This document shows positions 18,880 through 28,406 of a stretch of 64,000 nt of DNA, piece by piece; positions within the stretch are counted from its first letter, which is position 1, and every line of letters starts with the position of its first letter. Where the stretch lies: the NCBI GenBank assembly GCA_965228475.1, contig OZ245817.1:3520001-3584000 (forward strand). The letters run 5' to 3'. This DNA comes from Myxococcota bacterium. Its GTDB lineage: Bacteria > Myxococcota_A > UBA9160 > JAFDDA01. Made by a program: the position numbers and the translations under genes. The notes below the pieces were generated by a model. It ran no database searches, had not been told where the DNA came from, and was given only the letters and a program-made list of their open reading frames with translations.

Positions 18880-19679
18880 CCGGAGGTGGAAGCGGCGGGG
18901 TGCTGCTTCGCGTGCCGCTCGGCCGCGAGCTTGCTCTGGTAGCCCGACTGCAGGACGTCGACGAGGACCATCACGACCACGGCGAAGTAGAAGGTCGACT
19001 TCGCCATGGGCTCCACGGCGTAGCCGAGGAGCTTCAGGTGGGCGACGTGGCCGCCCTCCCCGAGCAGCACCACGCCGACGATCAGCAGGATGAACAGGCC
19101 GAGCACCTCGTACTTCCGGTTCTTCTCGATGAACTCGGAGACCTGGTCGGCCAGGAGCAGCATGGCGATGCCCGAGGATACGATCGCGATGGCGAGGACC
19201 GCGAAGACCTGGGTGATCGCCAGCGCCGAGAGGATCGAATCGAACGAGAAGATCAGGTTCATGGTGACGATGAGCGCCACCACCTGTGCGGCCGACTTCG
19301 CCGACCGGTCGCGATCCTTCTCGAGATGCTCGATGGCGAGCAGGTGACTGATCTCCTTGATGGCCGTGTACATCAGGAACGCACCGCCCAGCAGGAAGAC
19401 CACGGACGCGAAGTTGAACGCGCCCTCGAAGACGCCTTCCCAGCGCAGCTCGAACCACACGCCGGTGAACCGGTCGAGCAGGTTCATGATCAGGAACAGG
19501 AGCACCACCCGCAGCCCGACGGCAATCAGGATGCCCCAGCGGCGCACGGCGGCCTGGGAGCCCTCGGGCGCGCGCTGCGACTCGATCGAGATGTAGAGCA
19601 GGTTGTCGAAACCGAGGACGGCCTGGAGGAAGATCAGCATCCCCAGGTTGGCCGCGTTCTCCAGCGTAAACAGATCCAT
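18876..19679 (-). CDS. TerC-family integral membrane protein
   Basis: QAVLGFDNLLYI, MNLIFSFDSILSA, multiple TM segments; ATG 19679. Confidence 0.9.
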   Translation of the reverse strand: MDLFTLENAANLGMLIFLQAVLGFDNLLYISIESQRAPEGSQAAVRRWGILIAVGLRVVLLFLIMNLLDRFTGVWFELRWEGVFEGAFNFASVVFLLGGAFLMYTAIKEISHLLAIEHLEKDRDRSAKSAAQVVALIVTMNLIFSFDSILSALAITQVFAVLAIAIVSSGIAMLLLADQVSEFIEKNRKYEVLGLFILLIVGVVLLGEGGHVAHLKLLGYAVEPMAKSTFYFAVVVMVLVDVLQSGYQSKLAAERHAKQHPAASTSG

Positions 19680-19833
19680 GGTCCACCGCCCTTCTTGGGC
19701 CGCGGATTCTAACCACAGGGCGCGGGCTTCGGGAAGTGGCGAATGCCGGGTGACGCTTTTCACGCAGGCCGCATTGACGAGACGGGACCCGCCCGTCCAG
19801 GCCGGGCTGCCCCGCTATGCGAAGGAGACCACC

Positions 19834-20079
19834 ATGGACCTCTTGATCCTCCTGCTCACCGGCCTCGTGATCGGGGCTCTCGCCAAGTTCCTGATGCCGG
19901 GCGACGACCCGGGCGGAATCATCGTGACCACGCTGCTCGGCATCGCCGGCGCCTTCGTCGGCGGCTTCGCCTCCTCGGCCGTAGGCCTCGAGATGGGCGG
20001 CGTCGGCAACATGCTCGCCGCCATCGCGGGCGCCATGCTGCTGCTCGCGGGCTACCGCGTGGTGGCCGGGAAGCGCTGA
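19834..20079 (+). CDS. GlsB/YeaQ/YmgE (transglycosylase-associated) membrane protein
   Basis: GLVIGALAKFLMPG.DPGG..TTLLGIAGAFVGG; AAGGAG RBS. Confidence 0.92.
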   Translation: MDLLILLLTGLVIGALAKFLMPGDDPGGIIVTTLLGIAGAFVGGFASSAVGLEMGGVGNMLAAIAGAMLLLAGYRVVAGKR

Positions 20080-20083
20080 GGCC

Positions 20084-20905
20084 CTACAGGTTCATCTGCT
20101 TCGGCGGGCGGACGACGATCTGCTCGACGTTGACCTGGATGGGCTGGGTCACGGCGTAGTAGACGGATTCGGCGACGTCGGTGGGGTCACAGAGCATCTG
20201 GGAAAGCTGGTTCTGGAGCTTCTCGAAGACCTCGTCGGGCAGCTTCTCCCCTTGTTTCACCTCGACGTCGATGCCCGTCATCTTGGTGAAGCCCTGGAGG
20301 AACTCGGGGGCGAAGTTGCGTGCGAAGTTGGTCGCGATGGCGCCCGGCATCACGGTGCAGACGCGGATCGAATCCTCTTCGAGCTCCTCGCGCAGGGTCG
20401 AGCTGATCGCGTTGACCGCGTGCTTGGTCGAGCCGTAGACGCCGGAGTTCGAGCGGAGCGCCGCGACCGAGGAGACGTTGACGATGTGGCCGTCGCTCTC
20501 GGTCTCGCGCATGGCCTTGACCGCGGCCTGGCAGCCGGCGAGCAGCGCGATGACGTTCACGTCGAACATCTCCTGCCATTCCTCAGGGTCGGCCTCGGTG
20601 ATCTTGCTCGGGTAGGAGAGCCCGGCGTTGTTCACCATGATGTCGAGGCGCCCGGTGCCGTCGGCGACCTCGGCGACGAGTTCCTGGAGCCGCGCCGTAT
20701 CGCGCACATCCATGGCCTGAACGCTCGCGCGGCCGCCCGCTTCCTCGATCACCTTCTGGGAGGCTTCCATCGGCGCCGCGCTGCGGCCGACGAGCACCAC
20801 GCGCGCTCCGGCGCGGCCGAGCCGCTCGGCGATGGCGCGGCCGATCCCGCTGCTGGCTCCGGTGACGATCGCGGTCTTGCCGACGAGGGCGGGGGCTTCG
20901 CTCAT
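20084..20905 (-). CDS. Short-chain dehydrogenase/reductase
   Basis: TGASSGIG, NNAG, YGSTK. Confidence 0.93.
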   Translation of the reverse strand: MSEAPALVGKTAIVTGASSGIGRAIAERLGRAGARVVLVGRSAAPMEASQKVIEEAGGRASVQAMDVRDTARLQELVAEVADGTGRLDIMVNNAGLSYPSKITEADPEEWQEMFDVNVIALLAGCQAAVKAMRETESDGHIVNVSSVAALRSNSGVYGSTKHAVNAISSTLREELEEDSIRVCTVMPGAIATNFARNFAPEFLQGFTKMTGIDVEVKQGEKLPDEVFEKLQNQLSQMLCDPTDVAESVYYAVTQPIQVNVEQIVVRPPKQMNL

Positions 20906-20961
20906 GGGGTCCTCCGAATGGGCGGGCGCGAGATCCAGCTCGTTCGCGAGAGCGGAGGGTA

Positions 20962-21552
20962 TCAGGTCTCGGCGAGCAGGCTCCGAACGGCCTGCGCGAT
21001 GCTGCGCTTCGTACCTTCGAGGGGCAGGCCCTGATGCACCCGCAGATGATCGAAGGTCTCGAAGGAGAGGAGCGCATCGAGTGCCGCGATCAACTCGGGC
21101 GAAGCGCCCTCGAGCTCCGGCGCAAATGCGGCCCGCATCTGCTCCCGGAGCTGCGCCCGGGTCTCCCGGTCGCGCTCGCGGTCTTTCGGGAGCGGCCGGG
21201 CCGAACGCAGCACGGCGCGCCGGAGGGGTCTCACGATCTCCGCGGCCTCCGCCCGGCGGTCGACGAGGTCCGCCACGCGGTCGGCGAGGTCCCCCTCGAA
21301 CGGTCCGCGCAGGAGGATCGGGGCGACCTGGCCGCGCACGTGTGCGGTGACCGCCTCGCTCATCCCGTCGAGATCCCCGAAGTGGCGGAAGAGCGTGCTC
21401 AGGCTGACCCCGGCCTCAGCGGCGATCCGCTCGGCCGTGATCTCGATCTCCGGGTTCGAGAGCGCGCGCACGACCGCCTCGATCATCCGCTCCCGGCTCC
21501 GCTGGGAGCGGAGATGGCGGCCATCCTCGCGGCCCGGAGTGCTATCGGACAC
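20962..21552 (-). CDS. TetR/AcrR-family transcriptional regulator
   Basis: N-terminal HTH TAERIAAEAGVSLSTLFRHF. Confidence 0.92.
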   Translation of the reverse strand: MSDSTPGREDGRHLRSQRSRERMIEAVVRALSNPEIEITAERIAAEAGVSLSTLFRHFGDLDGMSEAVTAHVRGQVAPILLRGPFEGDLADRVADLVDRRAEAAEIVRPLRRAVLRSARPLPKDRERDRETRAQLREQMRAAFAPELEGASPELIAALDALLSFETFDHLRVHQGLPLEGTKRSIAQAVRSLLAET

Positions 21553-21570
21553 GGTATCCCCCCGGGAAAT

Positions 21571-21619
21571 TGAGATATTGCTTCACTTGGATCATATTAT
21601 GAGATATTGACTGTCAATA
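21571..21619. promoter_or_regulatory. AT-rich divergent promoter with palindromic operator
   Basis: Perfect palindrome TATTGAC-T-GTCAATA (21605-21619); direct repeat TGAGATATTG at 21571 and 21600. Confidence 0.7.
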
Positions 21620-21644
21620 ACTTGATACTTCCCTGGAGGATCTC

Positions 21645-22397
21645 ATGCGGCCCAAGATAGTGAAATGTCGCCCCGGCTTCTGGCTCGTGCTCCTGTTCGC
21701 CCTGGCCCCGGCCCCCGCTTCGGCCATGGGCTTCAACTTCGAGATGCGGCAGCTGCTGCCCGGGATCAACCCCATCGCCCGCGACGTCTACGCGTGCGAG
21801 ACCTGCACCCTCGAACAGTTCGAGGCGATCCCCGTCCCGGCGGGCTGGGAGAAGGCCCCGGCGCGGACGCAGCTCTTCTCGAGCGCCATCAACCTCGGCT
21901 CGCCGGACAACGGCGTGCCGACCTCGATCGACTTCGTTCCCGACGTCCCGGGCAACGAGTTCGAGTACGTGGCCCGGGTGCTCTCGGGCACCGTCGTCGG
22001 GTTCGACCTGGGCCTCGGCCCGCTCGCGATCGCCCAGGTCCAGCGCGACGTCGAGTTCACCTACGACGCGGGCTCGGTGATCCACGAGGTCATCGACCCG
22101 ACCGGCGAGCGCTACATCCTCTTCACCTTCGACTTCGCACTCTCGGAATCGACCTACGACCTGATGGCCGAGGATTCGCTGGCGGCGCTCGCCCTGCCCG
22201 CGGGCTGGACCTACGAAAGCAGCACCCTCAGCGAGGCCCTCGTGTTCGATTCGGACGGGCTCGCCACGGTGTTCTCTCAAGGAGGCATCGCGAGCTGGCA
22301 GCGCTACGCCGGGGTGCCCGAGCCGTCGGCTGCGGCCTTGGCCCTGGCCGCCGCGATCGGGTTCGCGACGCTCACTCGCCGAGGAACTCGCGCGTGA
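21645..22397 (+). CDS. Secreted protein with PEP-CTERM tail
   Basis: GGAGG RBS, signal peptide, C-terminal VPEP + hydrophobic helix + RR. Confidence 0.85.
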   Translation: MRPKIVKCRPGFWLVLLFALAPAPASAMGFNFEMRQLLPGINPIARDVYACETCTLEQFEAIPVPAGWEKAPARTQLFSSAINLGSPDNGVPTSIDFVPDVPGNEFEYVARVLSGTVVGFDLGLGPLAIAQVQRDVEFTYDAGSVIHEVIDPTGERYILFTFDFALSESTYDLMAEDSLAALALPAGWTYESSTLSEALVFDSDGLATVFSQGGIASWQRYAGVPEPSAAALALAAAIGFATLTRRGTRA

Positions 22398-22995
22398 ACG
22401 CGGCGAGGGCGCGGCTCGCGTCGTCGCTGGCTTCGAGCCCGGCGAGCGTGCCCTCGCGATCCGCCGGCGAGCGGTTCTGGCCGAGCTTGAACTTGGCTTC
22501 GACCCGCTCGACGGGCAGCTCGAAGGCGACGATCGCGCGGCGCATCGCGCGGGCGTACTCCTCGGGCAGGTCCGGCCGCCAGCGGTCGGGCCTGCCCCCC
22601 TCGTAGCGCTCCACCATGGCGTCGAGCATCGCGGCCTTTCGCGAGTCGTCCTCGAGCACGCGCGGGTTCCCATGGGCATGCACGACGGCGTAGTTCCAGG
22701 TCGGCACCGCGGGCATCTTCGCGTACCAGGCCGGCGAGACGTAGGCGTGGGGGCCGTGGAAGATCGCGAGCGCCGGGGTGGCACCGTCGAAGCGTTCGCG
22801 GATGGGGTTGTTGCCCGCGACGTGCCCGACCAGGGTGCCCCACCCCTCCCCTTCACCGCGCTCGAGCACCAGCGGCACGTGGGCCACCTCGACGCCGTCC
22901 GCGCCCGCGGAGACCAGCGTCGCGAAGTCGTAGCGATCGATGAAGCGCAGGAGCGTTTCGCGGTCGTGGACGTCGAAGGCCGGCGGAACGTACAT
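22372..22995 (-). CDS. PaiB-like FMN-binding protein
   Basis: MYVPPAF, GPHAYVSPAWY, VPTWNY, KFKLGQN. Confidence 0.92.
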   Translation of the reverse strand: MYVPPAFDVHDRETLLRFIDRYDFATLVSAGADGVEVAHVPLVLERGEGEGWGTLVGHVAGNNPIRERFDGATPALAIFHGPHAYVSPAWYAKMPAVPTWNYAVVHAHGNPRVLEDDSRKAAMLDAMVERYEGGRPDRWRPDLPEEYARAMRRAIVAFELPVERVEAKFKLGQNRSPADREGTLAGLEASDDASRALAAFTREFLGE

Positions 22996-23003
22996 GGCGG
23001 CCG

Positions 23004-23408
23004 TCAATCCTCTCGCGACGATTGCGGGAACTGCGGCAGGTCGTCACCGATCTCGACCCAACCGGCCTTCGACGCGACGAAGATGTGGGCATCGACCCGG
23101 ACGTCGGCGTCGTCTTCGAGCGTGCCGAGCGCAACGTCGACGAGGTCCGGGGTGCGAGCATCCGCGAAGAGGAGTTTCGCGCCGCAGACGCCGCAGAAAG
23201 ACCGGGTCACGCGCTCCGAAGAGGGGTAGTGGGCGAGGCGGTCCTCGCCGGCCTCGAACACGAGCGCCTCCCGGGTGACGGAGCCATACGTGCCGAAGGC
23301 CGAGCCGTGTCCCTTGCGGCACATCGAACAGTGGCAGTGGGTCACCCGCGAGAACGGCTCGGCGACGCGGTAGCGGATGGCTCCGCAAAGGCAGCTTCCT
23401 CGGGCCAT
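23004..23408 (-). CDS. GFA/CENP-V family protein
   Basis: GSCLCG, CHCSMCRK, FCGVCG, HIFVASKA.W. Confidence 0.93.
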   Translation of the reverse strand: MARGSCLCGAIRYRVAEPFSRVTHCHCSMCRKGHGSAFGTYGSVTREALVFEAGEDRLAHYPSSERVTRSFCGVCGAKLLFADARTPDLVDVALGTLEDDADVRVDAHIFVASKAGWVEIGDDLPQFPQSSRED

Positions 23409-23448
23409 GGGCCGAGGGTATCGCTTCGGGCAGCGAGGCGAAGTCTCG

Positions 23449-24039
23449 CTAGGCGCTGCGCAGGCCCTTCAGGGCGAGATCGACGATCGGGGCCACCATC
23501 TTCGGCTGGAGCTTCGCGCCGGTGAAGAACAGGCGGACGGCGATCGGGCCGACGATCAAGTCGGCGGCGAGCTCGAGGTCGAGCCCCTTCGGGAGTTCGC
23601 CGCGGGCGACGCCGCGCTCGAGGGCGGCGGTCAGCGGGCGGCGCCTGCCCTTCAGCACCGGGTCGAAGAGCTCGGAGAAGGTGTCGTTGTGAGCGCGCTC
23701 CCCGGCCAGGCTCGGGAGGACCGTGGCCAGGGGTGTCGCGTTGAAGAGCTGGAGGTAGCCGCGCAGCATGGCCTTCAGGTCTTCGGCGAGATCGCCGGTA
23801 TCGGCGTCTTCGAGCCGCGGGAGGCCGCCGAACGCCTCGACCACGAGGGGGAGCTTCGAGGGCCAACGCCGGTAGATCGTGGCCTTCCCGACCCCCGCAC
23901 GCTGGGCCACGCCTTCGACGGTCAGGGCCGAGAAGCCGACCTCGGAGAGCAGCTCGAGGGTGGCGTCGAGGATGGCCTGATGGGCCTCCTCGCTCCGGGG
24001 CCGCCCCGCGCTACCACTGGGACCATTCGCCTCTGCCAC
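23449..24039 (-). CDS. TetR/AcrR-family regulator (candidate binder of ATACG-N3-CGTAT)
   Basis: GRPRSEEAHQAILDAT, VAQRAGVGKATIYRRWPSK. Confidence 0.93.
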   Translation of the reverse strand: MAEANGPSGSAGRPRSEEAHQAILDATLELLSEVGFSALTVEGVAQRAGVGKATIYRRWPSKLPLVVEAFGGLPRLEDADTGDLAEDLKAMLRGYLQLFNATPLATVLPSLAGERAHNDTFSELFDPVLKGRRRPLTAALERGVARGELPKGLDLELAADLIVGPIAVRLFFTGAKLQPKMVAPIVDLALKGLRSA

Positions 24040-24114
24040 GTCGATTCCTCAATCAGGGCGGTCACTTGCCTGCGAAAGGCGGGGTCCGAGAAGGGGCTCC
24101 CCCCACCGTCGCAT

Positions 24115-24137
24115 TACGATACTATACGTTCCGTTAT
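24115..24137. promoter_or_regulatory. Putative TetR operator between the TetR gene and the flavoprotein operon
   Basis: TACGATACT ATACG TTC CGTTAT; variant of the 15729 and 57412 sites. Confidence 0.7.
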
Positions 24138-24172
24138 TGAACGTCACCCACCCATCCGAGGGGCGCACCCGC

Positions 24173-25831
24173 ATGGCCAGCCAGCCGGCGAACTGGGATC
24201 TCGAGACTGACGTGGTGGCCGTGGGCTCGGGCCTGGCCGGCCTGACCGCGGCCATCGTCGCCCACGACCAGGGCAAGGAAGCCGTGGTGCTCGAGAAGGC
24301 ACCGAAGCTCGGTGGCCTGTGCGCCTACGGCGGCGGCGAGGTCTTCTGCCCGAATGGCCGCCACATGAAGGGCATCGGCCAGGACGACAGCGACGAGGCG
24401 GCGGCGGCCTACTTCGATTTCCTCGGCGCGGGCTTCAACGACGCGGCCCTCACCGGGAAGCTCCTCGCCCACTACCGCGAAGCCCTCGAGTACGTCGAGG
24501 ACAAGGCCGGCGTGCCGTGGGAGGCCGTCGACGGGCTGCACGATTACTACTACCCGGATGCGCCGGGCTCGGGCACCGGCCGCTACCTCGCGGTGAAGCT
24601 CTTCGACGGTGCGCAGCTCGGCGAGTGGCAGACGAAGACCTGGGCGATGTCGCCGCACCTCCCGCCCGGCCTCACGCACCGCGAGATGTACGAGTGGGGC
24701 GGCCTCGCGAACGTCACCCAGTGGAACTACGAACTCCTCGGCGAGCGCGCGGCCACGGATCAGCGGAGCTTCGGCCCCGGCATGATGGGCTGGTTCGTGA
24801 AGGCCGCGGTGGTCGATCGCGGCATCGCCGCCCACGTGGAGACGCCGGTGCGCGAGCTCGTCGTCGAAGACGGCCGCGTCCTCGGCGTGCGCGCCGAGAA
24901 GGACGGGCGCGACTTCTTCGTGCGCGCGCGCGCGGGCGTGCTCCTCGCCATCGGCGGCTACGACCACAACAAAGAGATGGCCACGATGTACGAGGAGTGG
25001 CACGAGTGGAACTCCTCCACCCAGCCCTACTTCCACGGCGACCACCTCGTCATGGGCGGCGAGATCGGCGCGGACATCGCGAGCGTCCCGCCCCAGAACC
25101 TCGCCATGTTCTACGGCTACAACATCCCCGGCGAGGAGCACGACGGCGTGCCGCTCTTCCGCTCGAGCTGGGAATGCGGTTGCCCCCATGCCATCTGGGT
25201 GAATCAGGCGGGCGAGCGCTTCACGGACGAGTCCTTCTACAAGGACTACCAGCCGCGCATCCGCCAGCTCGACGGGCGCACCCAGAGCTTCCCGAACCGC
25301 CAGCCGTACCTCGTCTTCGACGGCAACTACCGCGAGCGCTACCCGCTCGGCTCCTACGCCCCGGGCATGGACATCCCGGAAGAGCTGGCCGTCTCGGCCG
25401 GTTCCGTGCGAGAACTCGCCGAGAAGTGCGGCATCGACGCGGACAGCCTCGAGCGCACCCTCGCCGAGTTCAACCAGCACGCCGCCGAGGGCAAGGACCC
25501 GAAGTTCGACATGGGGCACTTCCCCTGGACCCAGGGGCTCGCGGGCGACCCGAACTACCCGAACCCGAACGTCGGAGTCGTCGACAAGCCGCCCTTCTAC
25601 GCCGTGAAGCTCCGGCCCGTCGGCGTCGGCATCAACAGCCACGGCCTGCGCACCAACACCGACGGCCAGGTGATGCACGTGCGCGGGCACGCCATCCCGG
25701 GCCTCTACGCCGCGGGCATCTCCGCCGCGCTGCTCGATCTCGGCGGCGGCTACCAGAGCGGCACGTCGAACATGCGCGCCATCACCTGGGGCTACCTGGT
25801 CGGCCGGCACATGGCCCAGGGCAAGGCCTGA
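24173..25831 (+). CDS. FAD-dependent oxidoreductase, 3-ketosteroid-delta1-dehydrogenase-like family
   Basis: DVVAVGSGLAG, LEKAPKLGG, DYYYPDAPG, IWVNQAGERF, IPGLYAAG. Confidence 0.85.
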   Translation: MASQPANWDLETDVVAVGSGLAGLTAAIVAHDQGKEAVVLEKAPKLGGLCAYGGGEVFCPNGRHMKGIGQDDSDEAAAAYFDFLGAGFNDAALTGKLLAHYREALEYVEDKAGVPWEAVDGLHDYYYPDAPGSGTGRYLAVKLFDGAQLGEWQTKTWAMSPHLPPGLTHREMYEWGGLANVTQWNYELLGERAATDQRSFGPGMMGWFVKAAVVDRGIAAHVETPVRELVVEDGRVLGVRAEKDGRDFFVRARAGVLLAIGGYDHNKEMATMYEEWHEWNSSTQPYFHGDHLVMGGEIGADIASVPPQNLAMFYGYNIPGEEHDGVPLFRSSWECGCPHAIWVNQAGERFTDESFYKDYQPRIRQLDGRTQSFPNRQPYLVFDGNYRERYPLGSYAPGMDIPEELAVSAGSVRELAEKCGIDADSLERTLAEFNQHAAEGKDPKFDMGHFPWTQGLAGDPNYPNPNVGVVDKPPFYAVKLRPVGVGINSHGLRTNTDGQVMHVRGHAIPGLYAAGISAALLDLGGGYQSGTSNMRAITWGYLVGRHMAQGKA

Positions 25832-25836
25832 GCCCG

Positions 25837-26436
25837 GTGGCGGAAGCCGACTACACCACCACCGCGAAGCTCCCGCGCGAGCTCATCTGGGACTTCGTGA
25901 AGGACATGGACAACTTCGCGCCGTTCTTCATGGGCTACCAGGAGCACACCCAGGAGAGCGAGACCGAATCGCTCTGGGTGCTGAAGGGCGACCTCGGCGC
26001 CATGACACGCCTCCTGAAGTTCAAGGTCGACATCACCGAGTGGAACGGCCCCGAGCGCGTGACGTTCACCCTGAAGGGCCTGAACGAGCCGATGACCGGC
26101 GAGGGCAGCTTCGAGATGATGCCCTACGAAACGGCCGAGCAGGCTGCGGCGGTTCCGGCCGAGGCACCCGCCGCGAAGAACCCCCTCGCCCGCTTCTTCG
26201 AGCGGGTCTTCCGATTCTTCTTCCAGCTCGTGCGCGGCACGCCCGAGCGCGCCGAGAGCGCCGACGCCGGACCGGCCGCGGGTACGACGCGCATCCAGTT
26301 CCGCCTGAAGGTCGACCCGGGTGGCCCGATGGCACCCATGATCAACGCCATGATCAAGCCGCTCATGCCGAGCTTCGCCGAGGATTTCGCCGGCAAGCTC
26401 GTCGGACACCTCGAGCAGCAGCATGGCTCGAACTAG
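25837..26436 (+). CDS. SRPBCC/CoxG-family ligand-binding protein
   Basis: GTG start; IWDFVKDMDNFAP..GY, ITEW.GPERVTF. It is the C-terminal part of ORF-track 24319..26436. Confidence 0.82.
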   Translation: MAEADYTTTAKLPRELIWDFVKDMDNFAPFFMGYQEHTQESETESLWVLKGDLGAMTRLLKFKVDITEWNGPERVTFTLKGLNEPMTGEGSFEMMPYETAEQAAAVPAEAPAAKNPLARFFERVFRFFFQLVRGTPERAESADAGPAAGTTRIQFRLKVDPGGPMAPMINAMIKPLMPSFAEDFAGKLVGHLEQQHGSN

Positions 26437-26451
26437 CGAGGAGCATCACCG

Positions 26452-27636
26452 ATGGTGAAGTACAACCCCTTCGACCCCGAAGTCCAGCGCGGCGACACGC
26501 TCGAGGTCTACCGCCAGATGCGCGACGAAGCGCCCTGCTACTACATCGAGGAGTACGACGCCTGGGCACTCTCGCGCTTCCACGACATCTGGGAGGCCTC
26601 CCAGGATACGGAGCACTACACGGCGACGAAGGGGACGACGTCCTCCCACGTGCTGACGAAGGTCCAGCCCGTGACGCCGATGCTCAACCTGATGGATCCG
26701 CCCCAGCACACCCAGCTCCGGCGCGAGATCCGGAAGTTCTTCATGCCCGCGCGCGCGCGGAAGCTCGAGCCGTGGATCCGCGACATCGCCGCCGGCTGCC
26801 TCGACGCCAGGCGCGAAGCCGGAAGCCTCGACATCGTCGGCGACTTCGCGGCTCAGGTCGCGACCAAGGCCGCCTGCGAGGTCAACGGCTTCCCGAAGGA
26901 AGATGGCGACCTGCTGACGGAGCTCGTGCGCCGCTTCTTCGAGCGCGACCCGGAAGTCGAAGGCATGACGGAGGACGCCCTCGCCGCCATGAACGAGCTG
27001 TTCGCCTACTTCATGGAGCTCACCCAGAAGGTCCGGAAGCAGGCCGGCGAGATGACGGTCGTGAAACTGCTGACGGAGATCGAGATCGACGGCGAGAAGC
27101 TCGACGACATGGCGATCGGCTCCCACCTCTCGATGCTGATCATCGGCGGCGCCGAGACCTTCCCGAAGGTCTTCGCCAACCTGATCCGGCGGCTCGGCGA
27201 GCACCCGGACGCGCGCGCGAAGTGCAAGAAGGACCCGTCGCTCATCCCGGACGCCTTCATGGAGGGCCTGCGCTACGACATGCCGACGCAGTTCCTCTGC
27301 CGCACGGTCACGAAGGAACACGAGATCCACGGCGAGAAGCTGAAGCCCGGCCAACCGATCCTCTACCTCTACCCCTCCGCCAACCGGGACCCGCGCGAGT
27401 TCGATTCGCCCGACACCTTCGACATCGAGCGCCGCGCGCCGCGGATCCTCTCCTTCGGCCACGGGACCCACTCCTGCATCGGGCTGCACGTCGCCAAGAT
27501 GGAAGGCCGCATCTGCCTCGAGGAGACGCTGAAGCGGATTCCGGACTACGAGGTCCTGATGGATCAGGCCGACCGGCTCGTGACGGACTTCGTCCAGGGC
27601 TACGCGAAGCTTCCCGTCTCGTTCCAGCCCTTCTAG
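26452..27636 (+). CDS. Cytochrome P450
   Basis: MDPPQH..LR, I-helix GGAET, EGLR (ExxR), SANRD, FGHGTHSCIG heme-Cys motif. Confidence 0.96.
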   Translation: MVKYNPFDPEVQRGDTLEVYRQMRDEAPCYYIEEYDAWALSRFHDIWEASQDTEHYTATKGTTSSHVLTKVQPVTPMLNLMDPPQHTQLRREIRKFFMPARARKLEPWIRDIAAGCLDARREAGSLDIVGDFAAQVATKAACEVNGFPKEDGDLLTELVRRFFERDPEVEGMTEDALAAMNELFAYFMELTQKVRKQAGEMTVVKLLTEIEIDGEKLDDMAIGSHLSMLIIGGAETFPKVFANLIRRLGEHPDARAKCKKDPSLIPDAFMEGLRYDMPTQFLCRTVTKEHEIHGEKLKPGQPILYLYPSANRDPREFDSPDTFDIERRAPRILSFGHGTHSCIGLHVAKMEGRICLEETLKRIPDYEVLMDQADRLVTDFVQGYAKLPVSFQPF

Positions 27637-27639
27637 GGC

Positions 27640-28401
27640 GTGACCGGTCTCGCGGAACCCGCGATCGGCGGCGCGGTGGTCTCGCTGGTCGAGCCCCACG
27701 CCGGGCAGGCCCGGGCTTTCCACCGCTGGTACGAGCGCGACCACTTCCATGCCGGCTGCATGGCCGGCCCCGGGTTCTTCGCGGGCCGGCGCTACGTCGC
27801 GACGACGGAGGTCGCCGGTTCTCGGGAACCGGCCTGCGCGTGGCCGGGCGACCCGAAGCGCGGCCGGTTCCTCGCGCTGTACTGGCTCGCCCGGGGCGCG
27901 GAAGAGGAAGCCATCGACTGGTCGATCGAGCGCTTCCACGCCCTGCGCGCGGCCGGGCGCATCTTCCGAGAAGCCGATCTGGTCCACGGAGGCTTCTACG
28001 CCTTCGACGGCGCCCTCGCCCGCGACGCCGACGGCGTCCCCGCCACGCTCGCCCTCGACCACGACTTCGCCGGCGTCGCGATGACGCTCGTCGAGACCCA
28101 TGACCGCGAAGCGCTCCGCGCGTGGTTCGCCGCCGAGTTCACGCGCGGGCCGGTCGCCCTCTCCGTCGGACTCGCGCCGCGGCCGCGGCCCCCGGGCGCG
28201 ATCCACGCCGCCGACCCCGCCGCCTACCCGGACCGTATGGCCTGGTTCCACTTCCTCGACGAACCGCCCGCCGCGGCCTGGCCCGATCACGCTGCAGCAC
28301 TCGGGGCACGCCTCGGCGACCCGGCCCTCGGCCGCTGCGTCTTCTCCGCCGCCTTCCTCCCGACGGTGCCCGGCACCGATCGCCACGTGGAAGAGGGCTA
28401 G
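27640..28401 (+). CDS. Hypothetical protein (EthD/DUF4286-like dimeric alpha-beta barrel)
   Basis: FHRWYERDH..PGFFAGRRY..FLALY pattern; lies within the operon. Confidence 0.65.
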   Translation: MTGLAEPAIGGAVVSLVEPHAGQARAFHRWYERDHFHAGCMAGPGFFAGRRYVATTEVAGSREPACAWPGDPKRGRFLALYWLARGAEEEAIDWSIERFHALRAAGRIFREADLVHGGFYAFDGALARDADGVPATLALDHDFAGVAMTLVETHDREALRAWFAAEFTRGPVALSVGLAPRPRPPGAIHAADPAAYPDRMAWFHFLDEPPAAAWPDHAAALGARLGDPALGRCVFSAAFLPTVPGTDRHVEEG

Positions 28402-28406
28402 CGGCG

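Noticed and set aside
19680..19833. yybP-ykoY (Mn) riboswitch upstream of terC
   Set aside because: The GGGAGUAG core is missing, and a TAGAAT -10-like hexamer at 19706-19711 would leave too short a leader.
24319..26436. 705-aa ORF suggesting a frameshifted flavoprotein-SRPBCC fusion
   Set aside because: The flavoprotein ends cleanly at TGA 25831 and the SRPBCC gene has its own GTG at 25837.
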